A DNA stretch of 41,199 bases from contig NC_068986.1 in NCBI RefSeq assembly GCF_001194135.2, positions 47,059,391 through 47,100,589 on the forward strand, read 5' to 3'. The notes under the pieces are model-generated. The model ran no database searches. It saw only the letters and a program-made list of their open reading frames with translations, and was not told the origin of the DNA. Of this stretch, positions 1-9,265 are shown one piece after another (the stretch's first letter is position 1; the number at the start of each line of letters is the position of its first letter). The DNA is from Octopus bimaculoides (lineage: Eukaryota). The position numbers and the translations under genes were made by a program.

Positions 1-299
1 ACCGCCTGACTGGCTCCCGTAGGATTTTTGAGCGAGATCGTTGCCAGTGCCCCTGGACTGGCTTGTGCGGGTGGCACATAAAAGACACCATTTCGAGCGT
101 GGCCGTTTTCGTGCGGGTGACACGTAAAAGCACCCACTACACTCTCTGAGTGGTTGGCGTTAGGAAGGGCATCCAGCTGTAGAAACTCTGCCAAATTAGA
201 TTGGAGCCTGGTGTTGCCATCCGGTTTCACCAGTCCTCAGTCAAATCGTCCAACCCATGCTAGCATGGAAAGCGGACGTTAAACGATGATGATGATGAT
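1..299 (+). mobile_element. Young SINE-like retroelement, 3' part with (GAT)n tail; 5' end cut by the window edge
   Basis: Contains GTGGTTGGCGTTAGGAAGGGCATCCAGCTGTAGAAA core and ends AAACGATGATGATGATGAT. Near-identical reverse-complement copy at 40904-41199; decayed copies at ~2560, 3900, 23005, 27128, 30523, 31795, 37090. Confidence 0.85.
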
Positions 300-455
300 A
301 TATATATATATATATATACTTATAGCTGAAGACTAATTGGTATTTTTAGCAGGAAGGATAGCATTTGTAAAAATTATATTTGACAAAAAATAAATAAATT
401 CAAGTAGTATCATAAAAAATGTAAAATAAAAAAAGGGATTAACATAGCTTAGATT

Positions 456-666
456 TTAACCATTTAGCATTCAGTTTACTCTGTCAAATGTAAAGCGTAT
501 TTATTCACATTGTTTTGAATGAGTCATGCATTATTTGGTGATGTGGTTGTTTATTTTTAGGATGACATTGCCGGGCAGGTGTGAAAGGCTAGACGTGGCT
601 GCTTTAAACAAAAAACAGGCAGAAAATTTGAATTGGATATGACCAGTTTAAATGTTAAATGGTTAA
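456..666. mobile_element. TTAA-flanked MITE (piggyBac-like non-autonomous DNA transposon), ~203 bp
   Basis: TTAA(456-459)|CCATTTAGCATT ... AATGTTAAATGG|TTAA(663-666): 12-bp TIR with 1 mismatch and a TTAA target duplication. Confidence 0.75.
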
Positions 667-729
667 ATAAACCCCCAAAATATTTTGTTTAGTTATGTTG
701 ACATTATACGATAGATAATGACTGTTTAC

Positions 730-939
730 CTTGAAGTCGTCTGCTGAGTTCAGTTGTGAAGAGAACTTTTGCTAGGTGACTTTGGTAAAATGCCTCACGG
801 TTATCATACTTCTGTGCACTATTCAAATCCTGCCAGTTCATGGAACCGTTTTTAAAAGAATGACTACAAATATTCAGAATACGACTTGGTGCAGATTTTT
901 TTAATTTGTCCAAAAGTAAAACTGTCAGTAAGAAATGGC
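730..939 (-). CDS. RDH13: RDH13-like SDR, coding exon 5 (210 nt): GHFLLTVLLLDKLKKSAPSRILNICSHSF...REAFYQSHLAKVLFTTELSRRLQ(G); downstream exons lie left of the window
   Basis: ttttgcag|GC acceptor at 940-941 and G|gtaaac donor at 729. Phase 1/1 matches the previous exon. Aligns by eye to the RDH11-14 GHFLLT...SRIVNVSS...YxxSKLANVLFTxEL segment. Confidence 0.93.
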
Positions 940-1220
940 CTGCAAAATTTAACAAAAATATTGAATTTTCAACAGTAAATTTCATATTGAATTGATTTCA
1001 GCAAATAAATCACAAATGAAAATAATAATGCAGATATGGTGAAGGGAAGAATAATATGTAGACACAAATTTTCGGCTGATGCTACGTTGTGCTTTTATGC
1101 AACATTCTAATTTATGTAAAATAATTCCTTAACAATCCAATCTTATACTTGACTGATTAGTGATAATATTATTTAAGTATTTCTTTTGCAAGATTGCAGA
1201 TGTGAAATCATGTGTTGAAA

Positions 1221-1594
1221 CAGATATTGTTATACTTGGAGATGGTCATATTTTGCCAATTAAACACATATTATATATTTGGCCTTCACTTCAGCTTTAT
1301 TACCATTGCTTCAGTTTCTTTATCAAAGCGCTTTGTCACACATCCTGTGACCTCTTCAGTGACTCTTTATCTCATGTGTCTTCACTTGTTCTGCTTATTC
1401 CATTTTAAAATGAAATAGATAGAAGAGGAAACACATGGGACAAAAAGTTGTTGAAGAGGTCACAGAATGTGTGACAAAAGATCTTTGACAAAAAACTAAA
1501 ATAATAAAAATAATAAAGCTGAAGTGAAGATTAAATATATAGTCCAGGTGTTTAACTAGCAAAAGATGACCATCCATAACTATAACAATATCAG
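1221..1594. repeat. Old ~375-bp loopless fold-back palindrome (probable palindromic MITE) in an RDH13-like intron
   Basis: Centred on CATTTT|AAAATG (1401-1412). Arms share GAAGAGGTCACAGxATGTGTGACAAA, AATAAAGCTGAAGTGAAG and TATAACAATATC; roughly 70-80% identity by eye. ORFs 1212..1418(+) and 1395..1577(-) translate to similar peptides. Confidence 0.8.
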
Positions 1595-1744
1595 TTAAGA
1601 GTTTTGTTGAAATTTATGGCTCAGTAACATTTCTTTCAGAAGACATCTAATTTCTATTACCTTTGTTTTCCTACTGAAATGATGTAGTGTTTTTTTTTTT
1701 ACACCTGAGATGATAAAGCTATGTCAACGATACAATCAACTTAC

Positions 1745-1849
1745 CTAAATAATTTACACCTAACTGTTGTTCAAAACCATCTTCAGTTAAGGATTTAGGA
1801 CTGCACATCACCCCTGCATTGTTGATTAGAATGTCTAAACGGTTTTCAG
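1745..1849 (-). CDS. RDH13: RDH13-like SDR, coding exon 4 (105 nt): [35 protein letters not shown](G)
   Basis: ttttttcag| acceptor and G|gtaagt donor. Contains NNAG and TEDGFE..GVNxLG motifs; phase 1/1. Confidence 0.95.
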
Positions 1850-2236
1850 CTGAAAAAATAAGTAGCCCAGTTATCTAAGTATTTTAGACCAAAACATGTG
1901 TGTGTTTGGTACATGTATCAAGTAAAAGGGATTAAGATCTGAGCTGGATCCTCAGTAAGCATTTCTGCAAATATCGGTTAAAAGAGTGTATATCTGTAGA
2001 TGGTTTATCTTAAAGAAAAGACTTTACCCGAGGAAATGCCTTTGAATTACATATATGTAAAAAAATATATAATTACAATATTATGAATTCATTTATATTC
2101 ATATTGATATTTACAATTATGAAATGTATTTCCCATATTGTGTAGAAATAAATATAAAGAATAAAAGACAATACTATAAATTCCAGTCTTTGATTTAATG
2201 TGTGCATTTCAGCAAAAAAAAAAAACAGTCACTTAC

Positions 2237-2392
2237 TTTTGTTAAATGCATCAGCAAATGCCTTAATAGATTTGATGGAAGCAAGATCTAGTTTTCTGCA
2301 GTGAATATTTAGGTTGGCAGTCTGGTGTATAATTTCTTTCTGAGCTTCAGCACATCGTTCCATGTCACGACAGGCAAGAATTATCCTTCCAC
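2237..2392 (-). CDS. RDH13: RDH13-like SDR, coding exon 3 (156 nt): RGRIILACRDMERCAEAQKEIIHQTANLNIHCRKLDLASIKSIKAFADAFNK
   Basis: ttttctag| acceptor and |gtaagt donor. Contains IILACRD and LDLAS motifs; phase 1/1. Confidence 0.95.
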
Positions 2393-2559
2393 CTAGAAAA
2401 GAAATACATACATTTCTTCAGATTTAAATGTATTTTAACACTCTATGAATTATTTCAATCCAATATAACATTTAATGAAAATCATTAGTCCACCTAAAGT
2501 TTTTGCTAACATAGTTTAGTCATTTCCAGAGCATATGTTACAGAAAAATCTCACTTTCA

Positions 2560-2770
2560 TCAGCAGCAGCATTTAACATGTTTTCCATGCTGGCATGGAT
2601 TGAACACTTTGACAGGATTTGGCAAGCTGCAGGGTTTCATCAAGCTCCAGTGTCAGCTTTGAAATAGTTTCCACAGTTGGATGCCCTTCCTAATGCCAAC
2701 CATTTTACAGTGTGCACTGGGTGCATTTTCATGCCACTGGCCTACAGAAGGTGTTACGTAACTTGCAAGA
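2560..2770 (-). mobile_element. Decayed SINE of the (GAT)n-tail family
   Basis: CAGCATTTAACATGTTTTCCATGCTGGCATGG...GGATGCCCTTCCTAATGCCAACC resembles the reverse complement of 1-299. Confidence 0.7.
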
Positions 2771-2935
2771 CAGAGAGAGAGAACAGGGGAAATAACTCCA
2801 GCTACTAAGTGAGGTGGTGTGTTCAAGGAAGCGAGGAGGTGGCTTTATATCAAGGCTAAAGCATGATAGAGGGACAAGTTGATGGAGAGTCAGTGGGGTA
2901 TGTAATGGAAATATAAATAAAAGAAATAAACTCAC

Positions 2936-3054
2936 GTTTATATGCCAGACCTGTAGCAACAGCCTTCCCAATGCCACTGTTGGCTCCAGTTATGACGACT
3001 GTCTTACCAGCAATCTTCTCTTTCCCTTCATATTTGGAACCACCAAGATAGTCC
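2936..3054 (-). CDS. RDH13: RDH13-like SDR, coding exon 2 (119 nt): DYLGGSKYEGKEKIAGKTVVITGANSGIGKAVATGLAYK
   Basis: ttttgttag| acceptor and C|gtgagt donor. Rossmann motif TGANSGIG (TGxxxGIG); phase 2/1. Confidence 0.95.
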
Positions 3055-3199
3055 CTAACAAAATAAAAAACATATAACTCCAATAGTTAGTTACTCTGAT
3101 GTTTTCTGATTTAAATCTTAAACCATAAATTAGACTGGTGTAAGAAAATTAGAGACTGATTGATACAGTAAATAATTATGTACTTGGATATTAGCCAGT

Positions 3200-3610
3200 A
3201 TACACTTTTACTCTTTTAATGGTTTCAATCTTCTGACTGTGGCCATGCTGGAGCACCGCCTTTAGTCGAGCAAATCGACTCCAGGACTTATTCTTTGGAA
3301 GCCTAGTACTTAGTCTATTGGTCTCTTTTGCCGAACGGCTAAGTTACGGAGACGTAAACACACCAGCATCGGTTGTCAAGCGATGTTGGGGGGACAAACA
3401 CAGACACACAAACACATACATGTATATATATATATATATACATATATACGACGGGCTTCTTTCAGTTTCTGTCTACCAAATTCACTCACAAGGCTTAGGT
3501 TGGCCCGAGGCTATAGTAGAAGACACTTGTCCAAGGTGCCACGCAGTGGGACTGAAGCTGGAACCACGTGGTTGGTAAGCTACTTACCACATAGCCACTC
3601 CTATGCCTAT
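3200..3610 (-). mobile_element. tRNA-derived SINE (octopus OK/OR-type) with internal (CA)/(TA) tract
   Basis: The minus strand starts with a tRNA-like head AGGAGTGGCTATGTGGTAAG...GGTTCCAGCTTCAGTCCCACTGCGTGGCACCTTGGACAAGTGTCTTC. Homologous copies at ~16500, 23985, 25255, 27895, 37375, 40015. Confidence 0.8.
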
Positions 3611-3708
3611 ATGTAGTTTTCTTAGAGATTATGTGGTTTTGTTAAATATTAACCAGTTTACATGGCTTTGTTATTTGGATATTAACTAGTATATGTAGTT
3701 TTGTTATA

Positions 3709-4107
3709 AGAGTCACTGTGTGGTAAGAAGTTTGCTTCCCAACTATGTGGTTCCAGGTTCACTATGTGACACCTTGAGTAAATGTCTTCTACTATAGCCC
3801 TGGGTCGACCAAGGCCTTGTGAGTGGATATGGTAGATGGAAGCTGACAAAAGCCCATTGTGTGTGTGTTACTATCTCCTTGTCTTGACATCACAAGGTAG
3901 TTGTAAATGAGTGTCACCATCGTGCAAAAAGTATCCTTCTTTACCAAACTTCCACAAAAATATGTCTGGTCATGGGGAAATATTACCTTAGTTGAGAACA
4001 GATGAAAGTTGGTGACATGAAGGGCATCCAGCTGTAGAAAATTTACCTCAACAAATTCCATCTGACCCATGAAAGCATACAAAAATGGATGTTAAAATGA
4101 TGATGAC
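3709..4107 (+). mobile_element. Full-length-like SINE: tRNA-like head, core and (GAT)n-family tail
   Basis: Head GTGTGGTAAGAAGTTTGCTTCCCAACTATGTGGTTCCAGGTTCA; tail GAAGGGCATCCAGCTGTAGAAA...GTTAAAATGATGATGA. Confidence 0.75.
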
Positions 4108-4419
4108 ATGGTTTTGGTATTTAAATATTAACCAGCTCATATGGACTTGTAATTTGGAAGTTAAACAGGATGTGTAGTTTTGTTATAGAGTTTATGTGGC
4201 TTTGTTATTTGAAGGTTAAGCTTATATGATTTTGATATTTGAAGATAAACCAGTTAAAGTAATTTTGTTGTTTAGATATCAGTCAAGAATGATTATATGG
4301 TTTCTGTTTAGATATTAATTGGGTTGTATGGATTTTTTATTTGGAGATTAAATTAGTTATGTGGTTTCGTTATTTGGCTATTAACCAATTTATGTGGTTT
4401 TGATATTTGCACATTAAAT

Positions 4420-4622
4420 AAGGAGGTGAGATAGCAGGGTTATTAAAATGCCAGACATTTATGATCTGAGTTCAAATTCTGCCATAGTCAACTTTGACGT
4501 TCTTTCTTTCAAGGTCAGGAAAATGCGTATGTACCAGTTGAGCACTGGTGGCTTGGTGGGTGGGAGAGCATTGTCATCAGCTTAACCTCACTCTTGGTAG
4601 GGTGCTAAAATCTGAAATTATA
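4420..4622 (+). mobile_element. Decayed tRNA-derived SINE
   Basis: B-box-like GAGTTCAAATTC followed by GTCAACTTTGAC...CTTTCAAGGTC; same family as 14480-14673 and 36730-37050. Confidence 0.65.
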
Positions 4623-4865
4623 TTTGGAGATTAAATCAGTCTACATATTTTATTATTTGAAGGTTAATCACTTTACATGGTTTTGTTATTTGGTGACAAA
4701 CCAATTTATGTGCTTTTCTTACATAGATATTAACTATGAAAACTGATGTCAGCCAAACTGACATTAAGTTACATAATAAATATTTGTTGTTGTTGTTGAT
4801 GATGAGGAGGAGGATATCTTAAATAATTAATTTAAGCTGCTCACATACAATTATACAGAACTTAC

Positions 4866-4954
4866 TTTAGCAATACTGAAGCACCAGCAATTGTTCCAAT
4901 GAAACTTAAGGGATAAAAAAATTTGTTGAGTGATCGCTGAAGTCTTCGTGCCAT
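4866..4954 (-). CDS. RDH13: RDH13-like SDR, first coding exon: MARRLQRSLNKFFYPLSFIGTIAGASVLL(K); the exon itself spans 4866-4961
   Basis: ttttaaaag| acceptor at 4962-4963, ATG at 4954-4952, AA|gtaagt donor in phase 2 giving LLK-DY. Closely resembles the vertebrate RDH13 N-terminus as recalled (PLSALGTVAGAAVLLKDY). Confidence 0.9.
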
Positions 4955-5060
4955 TTCATGCCTTTTAAAAAAATGTAAGATGGAGAAATTTTAATTTTTC
5001 AATGTTATCAAAATGACTGAAACAAGTAAAAGAAAACTCACCCAGGTTACAACACTGCAC

Positions 5061-5595
5061 TGTTCATGAACTACTTCACCCATGGATCAACAGCGAATAT
5101 ACAACCCGTGAAAACTCCTGCACCAAGTGACCCAGGCAGCAGCATCATTGCCACAACTTCATATACAACACGTGCCACAACCGGCTCTACATCATCGCCG
5201 CAACTTCTTGATACAGTATTTCAACTATCGTGAACAATTGACTATGAACTAGTACTTATCATTCTTGTATCTATGAATTTACTTATCACTTCGCTGGCTA
5301 GAGACTCATTGTCTCCTCGTCATCGCCATCCTTATATGTTCTTAACACGCATACGTCTATGCTTACATACACACACATACATCTTATTCTTATGACAGCC
5401 TGTCTATTATTCAGTATATATGACGCACACACAAACACACGTTAACATATCAATAAATCTTCTCTTAAACATTCTACCTGGTTGTGTCTCTCTTATCTCC
5501 CTCTGGCACATATATGCATTGTTCTATTTATATTTATTGTATCGACTGTATGATGTACTAAGGAGCCATTCTCATCACCTCACAAATCGGCGACC
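5061..5595 (+). mobile_element. Possible LTR plus primer-binding-site remnant (Ty3/Gypsy-like)
   Basis: Begins TGT at 5061 and ends CACA at 5584, with AATAAA at ~5452. Followed by AATCGGCGACC, resembling a TGGCGACC-type PBS. No second LTR or TSD found. Confidence 0.4.
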
Positions 5596-6855
5596 TGTTC
5601 CAGCTCCTTGAAACTACAAAACCATTTATAATGGGAGGAGATACTCCACAGATATCTAAACCTTCATGCCCATTATAAAATATTTGAATTATTCGAAAAT
5701 CCTCTCCTCCTTCCAAAAGTTCCGACATAATCGTAATCTACACTTGATGAAACGTATCCCTGGAAAATTTAGTTCAGAATTAGGAATTTTTCACAAAATT
5801 ATGAAAGAAACGAAGTCGATGCCGATTTTATTACAGTTCCAAAATTTTTCCTCAACTAAATTGCAAACATGAATATAATTATGTCTTTTATAAGCATTAA
5901 CCTCTACATCAAAACATCATAAAATAGGTAAATATAAGTACCATTGTTTTAGTTTTGTATCACAAAACCTAATTTTTTAATAAAGAAGTTAGGACTCAAA
6001 TAAAGCACGCGTCAACAAAACAGCAACCAAGCTCCCTCAAATTGCGGGTTATTGCCTTTAAAAAAGGGGCTCATTGGAATAATAAGGTGTACTGGCTGCG
6101 ACAACTAAGACGGGATAATTTACTAGAGCTAGAAATACCATTGATCACAGATTTGTTCGATAAATGCTGATTGATAAACGACAACGAGTACCGGTGACTT
6201 TTATGACCTTTGCAATGACATGAAAATCTGCATTATTTTAAGAGATTAGAAATAAAAAACTTGATCCAAATATATTTTTACAGAGTTTGAAGGTATTTAA
6301 ATTATTATAAAATTAATATAGTTGATTAATAAAGCAATAATCATAGAATCTACATACCAATCAGATTTTATTTCGGGTTTTGTTTTCTGTTATGTATATA
6401 TTTCGGGTTACACCGGCAGTTGAATTTCGGTGTCGACTGAAATAAGGACATCTATTTCACAGATGAATTGTAGGAATCGACTATTTTCACTCAAATTTCA
6501 TGTTTATTTCTAATATTAACACAAAACTACAAACGTCTTTTTTTATGGAGAAAGATATTGTTGATTAAATTTAACTTTGATTAGGACTGGGACTTTCGGT
6601 ATAGCCGTCCCGGAATTTCTCCGTTTTGATTTTTTCCTAATTTTTACAAATGTTTTTTAGCATCCCACAATTCAAAGAAAAAACAAAGGTGATGGAGTGG
6701 GGACCTTTTTTGTCTCCTTTAATGAAATTTTAAAATTCATGTTTTATAAACGTCTCGCACTCCACCTTCTGAATACCACCCACTAATAAATTTTCTTTTT
6801 TTTTTTTTTTTTTTTTACGTTTTCACTAAACAGCAATAATAGCATTCATACTTAC

Positions 6856-7000
6856 CTCGAAAGCTAACTATTGATACGGTGAAATAACATCATAAAATAA
6901 TTCAACACGTTTTACGAGTTCCCGAACTTGCCTATTTTGTCTTTGACTTTATTGCCATATAACAAGAGCAGACAAAATAATGAACCGCTCCACAAGAGTT
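6856..7000 (-). other. RDH13: Probable non-coding first exon (5'UTR) and promoter region of the RDH13-like gene
   Basis: Strong donor TTCGAG|GTAAGT at 6855-6850. The first coding exon has an upstream acceptor, so it needs an earlier exon. The region is locally CpG-richer. TSS position unknown. Confidence 0.55.
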
Positions 7001-7559
7001 ACCTCCCTGTGTAATAAAACCACTCTTAACTAGTATTGCAAAGCAGAAAACCTAATTGGGTAACATTTTATTAAAAAAATATATTTTCGCATAATGATTC
7101 AAAGCAAGAAATATCTAAATCGGCTGTCGATCGAATCACCCTCATTGCATTATACACTATCTTTCTAACATCAACTATGACCGCTTTTTTGAATACAATA
7201 TCTCCAACACCTGTGGGTATGCTCATAAAATCAGAAAACAGAGCTGCACCGATGACTTTCAGAGATAGGTTTTCATGGTCGGAATTATCAAAACATAGAG
7301 AAAACAACCAAATTTTATAAGAGAGGTGATGTTCTAATGGTGAGGTTAAAGAAAGGCAGAGAGAAAGGGGAGATGATGGTGGTGGGGGTGGAGGTTGAGG
7401 TGATTGGATAGTGAAAAGGGTATTTTTTCTTTAATTGAACATTTTTATACCACTTATCACTTAACACATGTGCATAGCAATTCTGTGAAATATTCTCCAG
7501 TCTCCATTGACAATCAGCAGTACTGGGTTAGTTTTACATGTCTGTTTAACCTCTGGCTT

Positions 7560-8620
7560 TCTCTTGAGGTGAGGAATTTTCACCATTTTTTTATTATTTT
7601 TCTTGGAGTTTACTCTTTTTTGTAGGGGTGTAATTTTCCTTTTTTATTTTTTGCCCTTTGCACTCTCTTCAATAGCTTGGAAGTTTTGCTTGGCCTCCAT
7701 TTCTTCCTTCTCATCACAAGATGGTGGTGTTATGCTGCTGTTTGCTACAGTCAGAGGACAAGGTACCTGCTCACTTATTCTCAGGATTTTGCACAAGATG
7801 TCTTTCACGCTTTATGAATCTGTGACTGATTTGGATCAGGAGACTGTGATTGGCTGGTCTTGTTGATGCCTTAGCTGCTCTCCATTGTTTTCCTCTTTGC
7901 TCTGCTGTCATACTTTATCCACTTCTTTACAGCAAAAGCCCCTCAAGTGATTTTTCCTGCCATGTGTAACAACTAGGCTGTTTTACCTGCACTATTAGTC
8001 TCATGCTCTTTGCCTTGGTGCTCTCATCTGGAGATGACTCTGATATGGCCTTGTGGAATCGGAGGGGGCATTAGGATTTGTATATCCATCTTAATTATTT
8101 CTGAACATGTGTTGCTTCTTGTCACTCCTAACCAACATTCTACTCTTACTATAATATAAAAGTGTTGATCAGCCATGGAATTACATTGTTTCTAGTCTCG
8201 CTAATTGTCATCTTCATATTTCTCTGCCCTATTTACTGGGGTACAAGTACAGGAATGATGGCATGTCTAACTATTTCAATGTGTGTTATGGCTGGATGCT
8301 CAGTCCTGAATGTACAACAGACCATACCATAAATCTTGCCTTACTCAGTTGGGAGAATATCTACCAATATTTCTTGTAATGCTTCCTCCAGTGGCTGTTT
8401 TAATGGGAGGTGTAAACACTTGCCATTATTTTTAAAGCACTAATATGTCATTTTTTCTTTGCCTTCTCTTGGATTAGGTCCTGGTGTAAAGTGGATGTTC
8501 TTCAATGGCTACTAAGAAGTATGAAAACAACATCACCAAATAGTGCAATATATTCATAGGAAAATGTGCAGTACTATGCAAAAGAAACGACCAAAATCTG
8601 GTTTGAACACCTTCCCCAAC
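7560..8620 (-). mobile_element. Decayed LINE ORF1 (gag-like, zinc-knuckle remnant)
   Basis: Minus-strand translation near 7930-7990 gives QPSCYTWQEKS.../HLRGFCC, a broken CX2CX4HX4C knuckle, followed by a K/E-rich tail. Many stops and frameshifts. Confidence 0.45.
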
Positions 8621-8819
8621 CAGTCATTGAGATTGGTCATGTTAACATTCTCTGGGATCGATCTAATCGACTGGTCTCCTCCCCCAAAATTTTGGGCCTT
8701 GTGCCTAGAATTGAAAAAATTATTGTAACTGTTTGGTTGTCATAGCTGGCCACTTCAGCCAATTACAAGCTTACAAGGTGATTAAGGGTTTAAGTTATAT
8801 ATATAGAGTCATACATACA

Positions 8820-9265
8820 TACATCTACCAATAAGACATGGTGTTCTTGCTAGGACATGGTGTTCTTGGTATACAGTAGTATAATGAGATCTGTCAGAAG
8901 GATAACCCTGAGGCTAAAGAAATAAGAACCTATTGCGAAAACTATAGCCACTCAATAAAAAGGAGTGCTGGTGGAATGTCCCAGTGAAAACCTCAATAAA
9001 ATGTAAACATAATAGACCTGATATAATAATTTGGGATAGAGAAGAGAAACTTTGTACAGTTGTGAAAATCAGCTGCCTAGTGGATATTAACGTAAAGCTA
9101 AAGATCAGCAAAAATAGAAAATACTTACACTGAACTATTGAGGAATCTACAACTACTCTATCCAGATTACAAGTTCAAGTTTATACCTGTAATTATTGAG
9201 GCACTGGGATATGTAACACACTACCTAAATACCAATCTTGAGAAATTAGGCTACAGATCCAAACC
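8820..9265 (+). mobile_element. 5'-truncated R4/Dong-like (restriction-like endonuclease) LINE fragment
   Basis: Translates, with frameshifts, to LPIRHGVLA...KECWWNVPVKTSIKCKHNRPDIIIWDREEKLCTVV...LRNLQLLYPDYKFKFIPVIIEALGYV, the PD-(D/E)xK REL domain. Confidence 0.85.

Larger units (their letters stand above)
3175..4740. repeat. Degenerate 33-bp minisatellite (consensus ~TATGTGGTTTTGTTATTTGGATATTAACCAGTT), interrupted by SINEs
   Basis: Unit starts 33 bp apart at 4358/4391 and 4674/4707; further units at ~3615-3705, 4110-4420 and 4620-4740. Confidence 0.75.

Noticed and set aside
1-140. Repeat-like hairpin units as a CRISPR array
   Set aside because: Eukaryotic context, no unique spacers, no cas genes; the units are internal to a dispersed SINE-like family.
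704-985. The 93-aa ORF as a stand-alone protein with its own Met
   Set aside because: It is an internal exon (730-939); the flanking residues are intron read-through.
5042-5250. GTGAGT donor-like site at 5036-5041 suggesting an extra RDH exon
   Set aside because: No matching acceptor or SDR-like coding upstream; it borders the LTR-like insertion.
7071-7307. 78-aa minus-strand ORF (MFSLCFDNSDHENL...) upstream of the RDH first exon
   Set aside because: No recognisable motif, no supported splice partners, and a comparable open frame on the opposite strand; likely chance or TE-derived.
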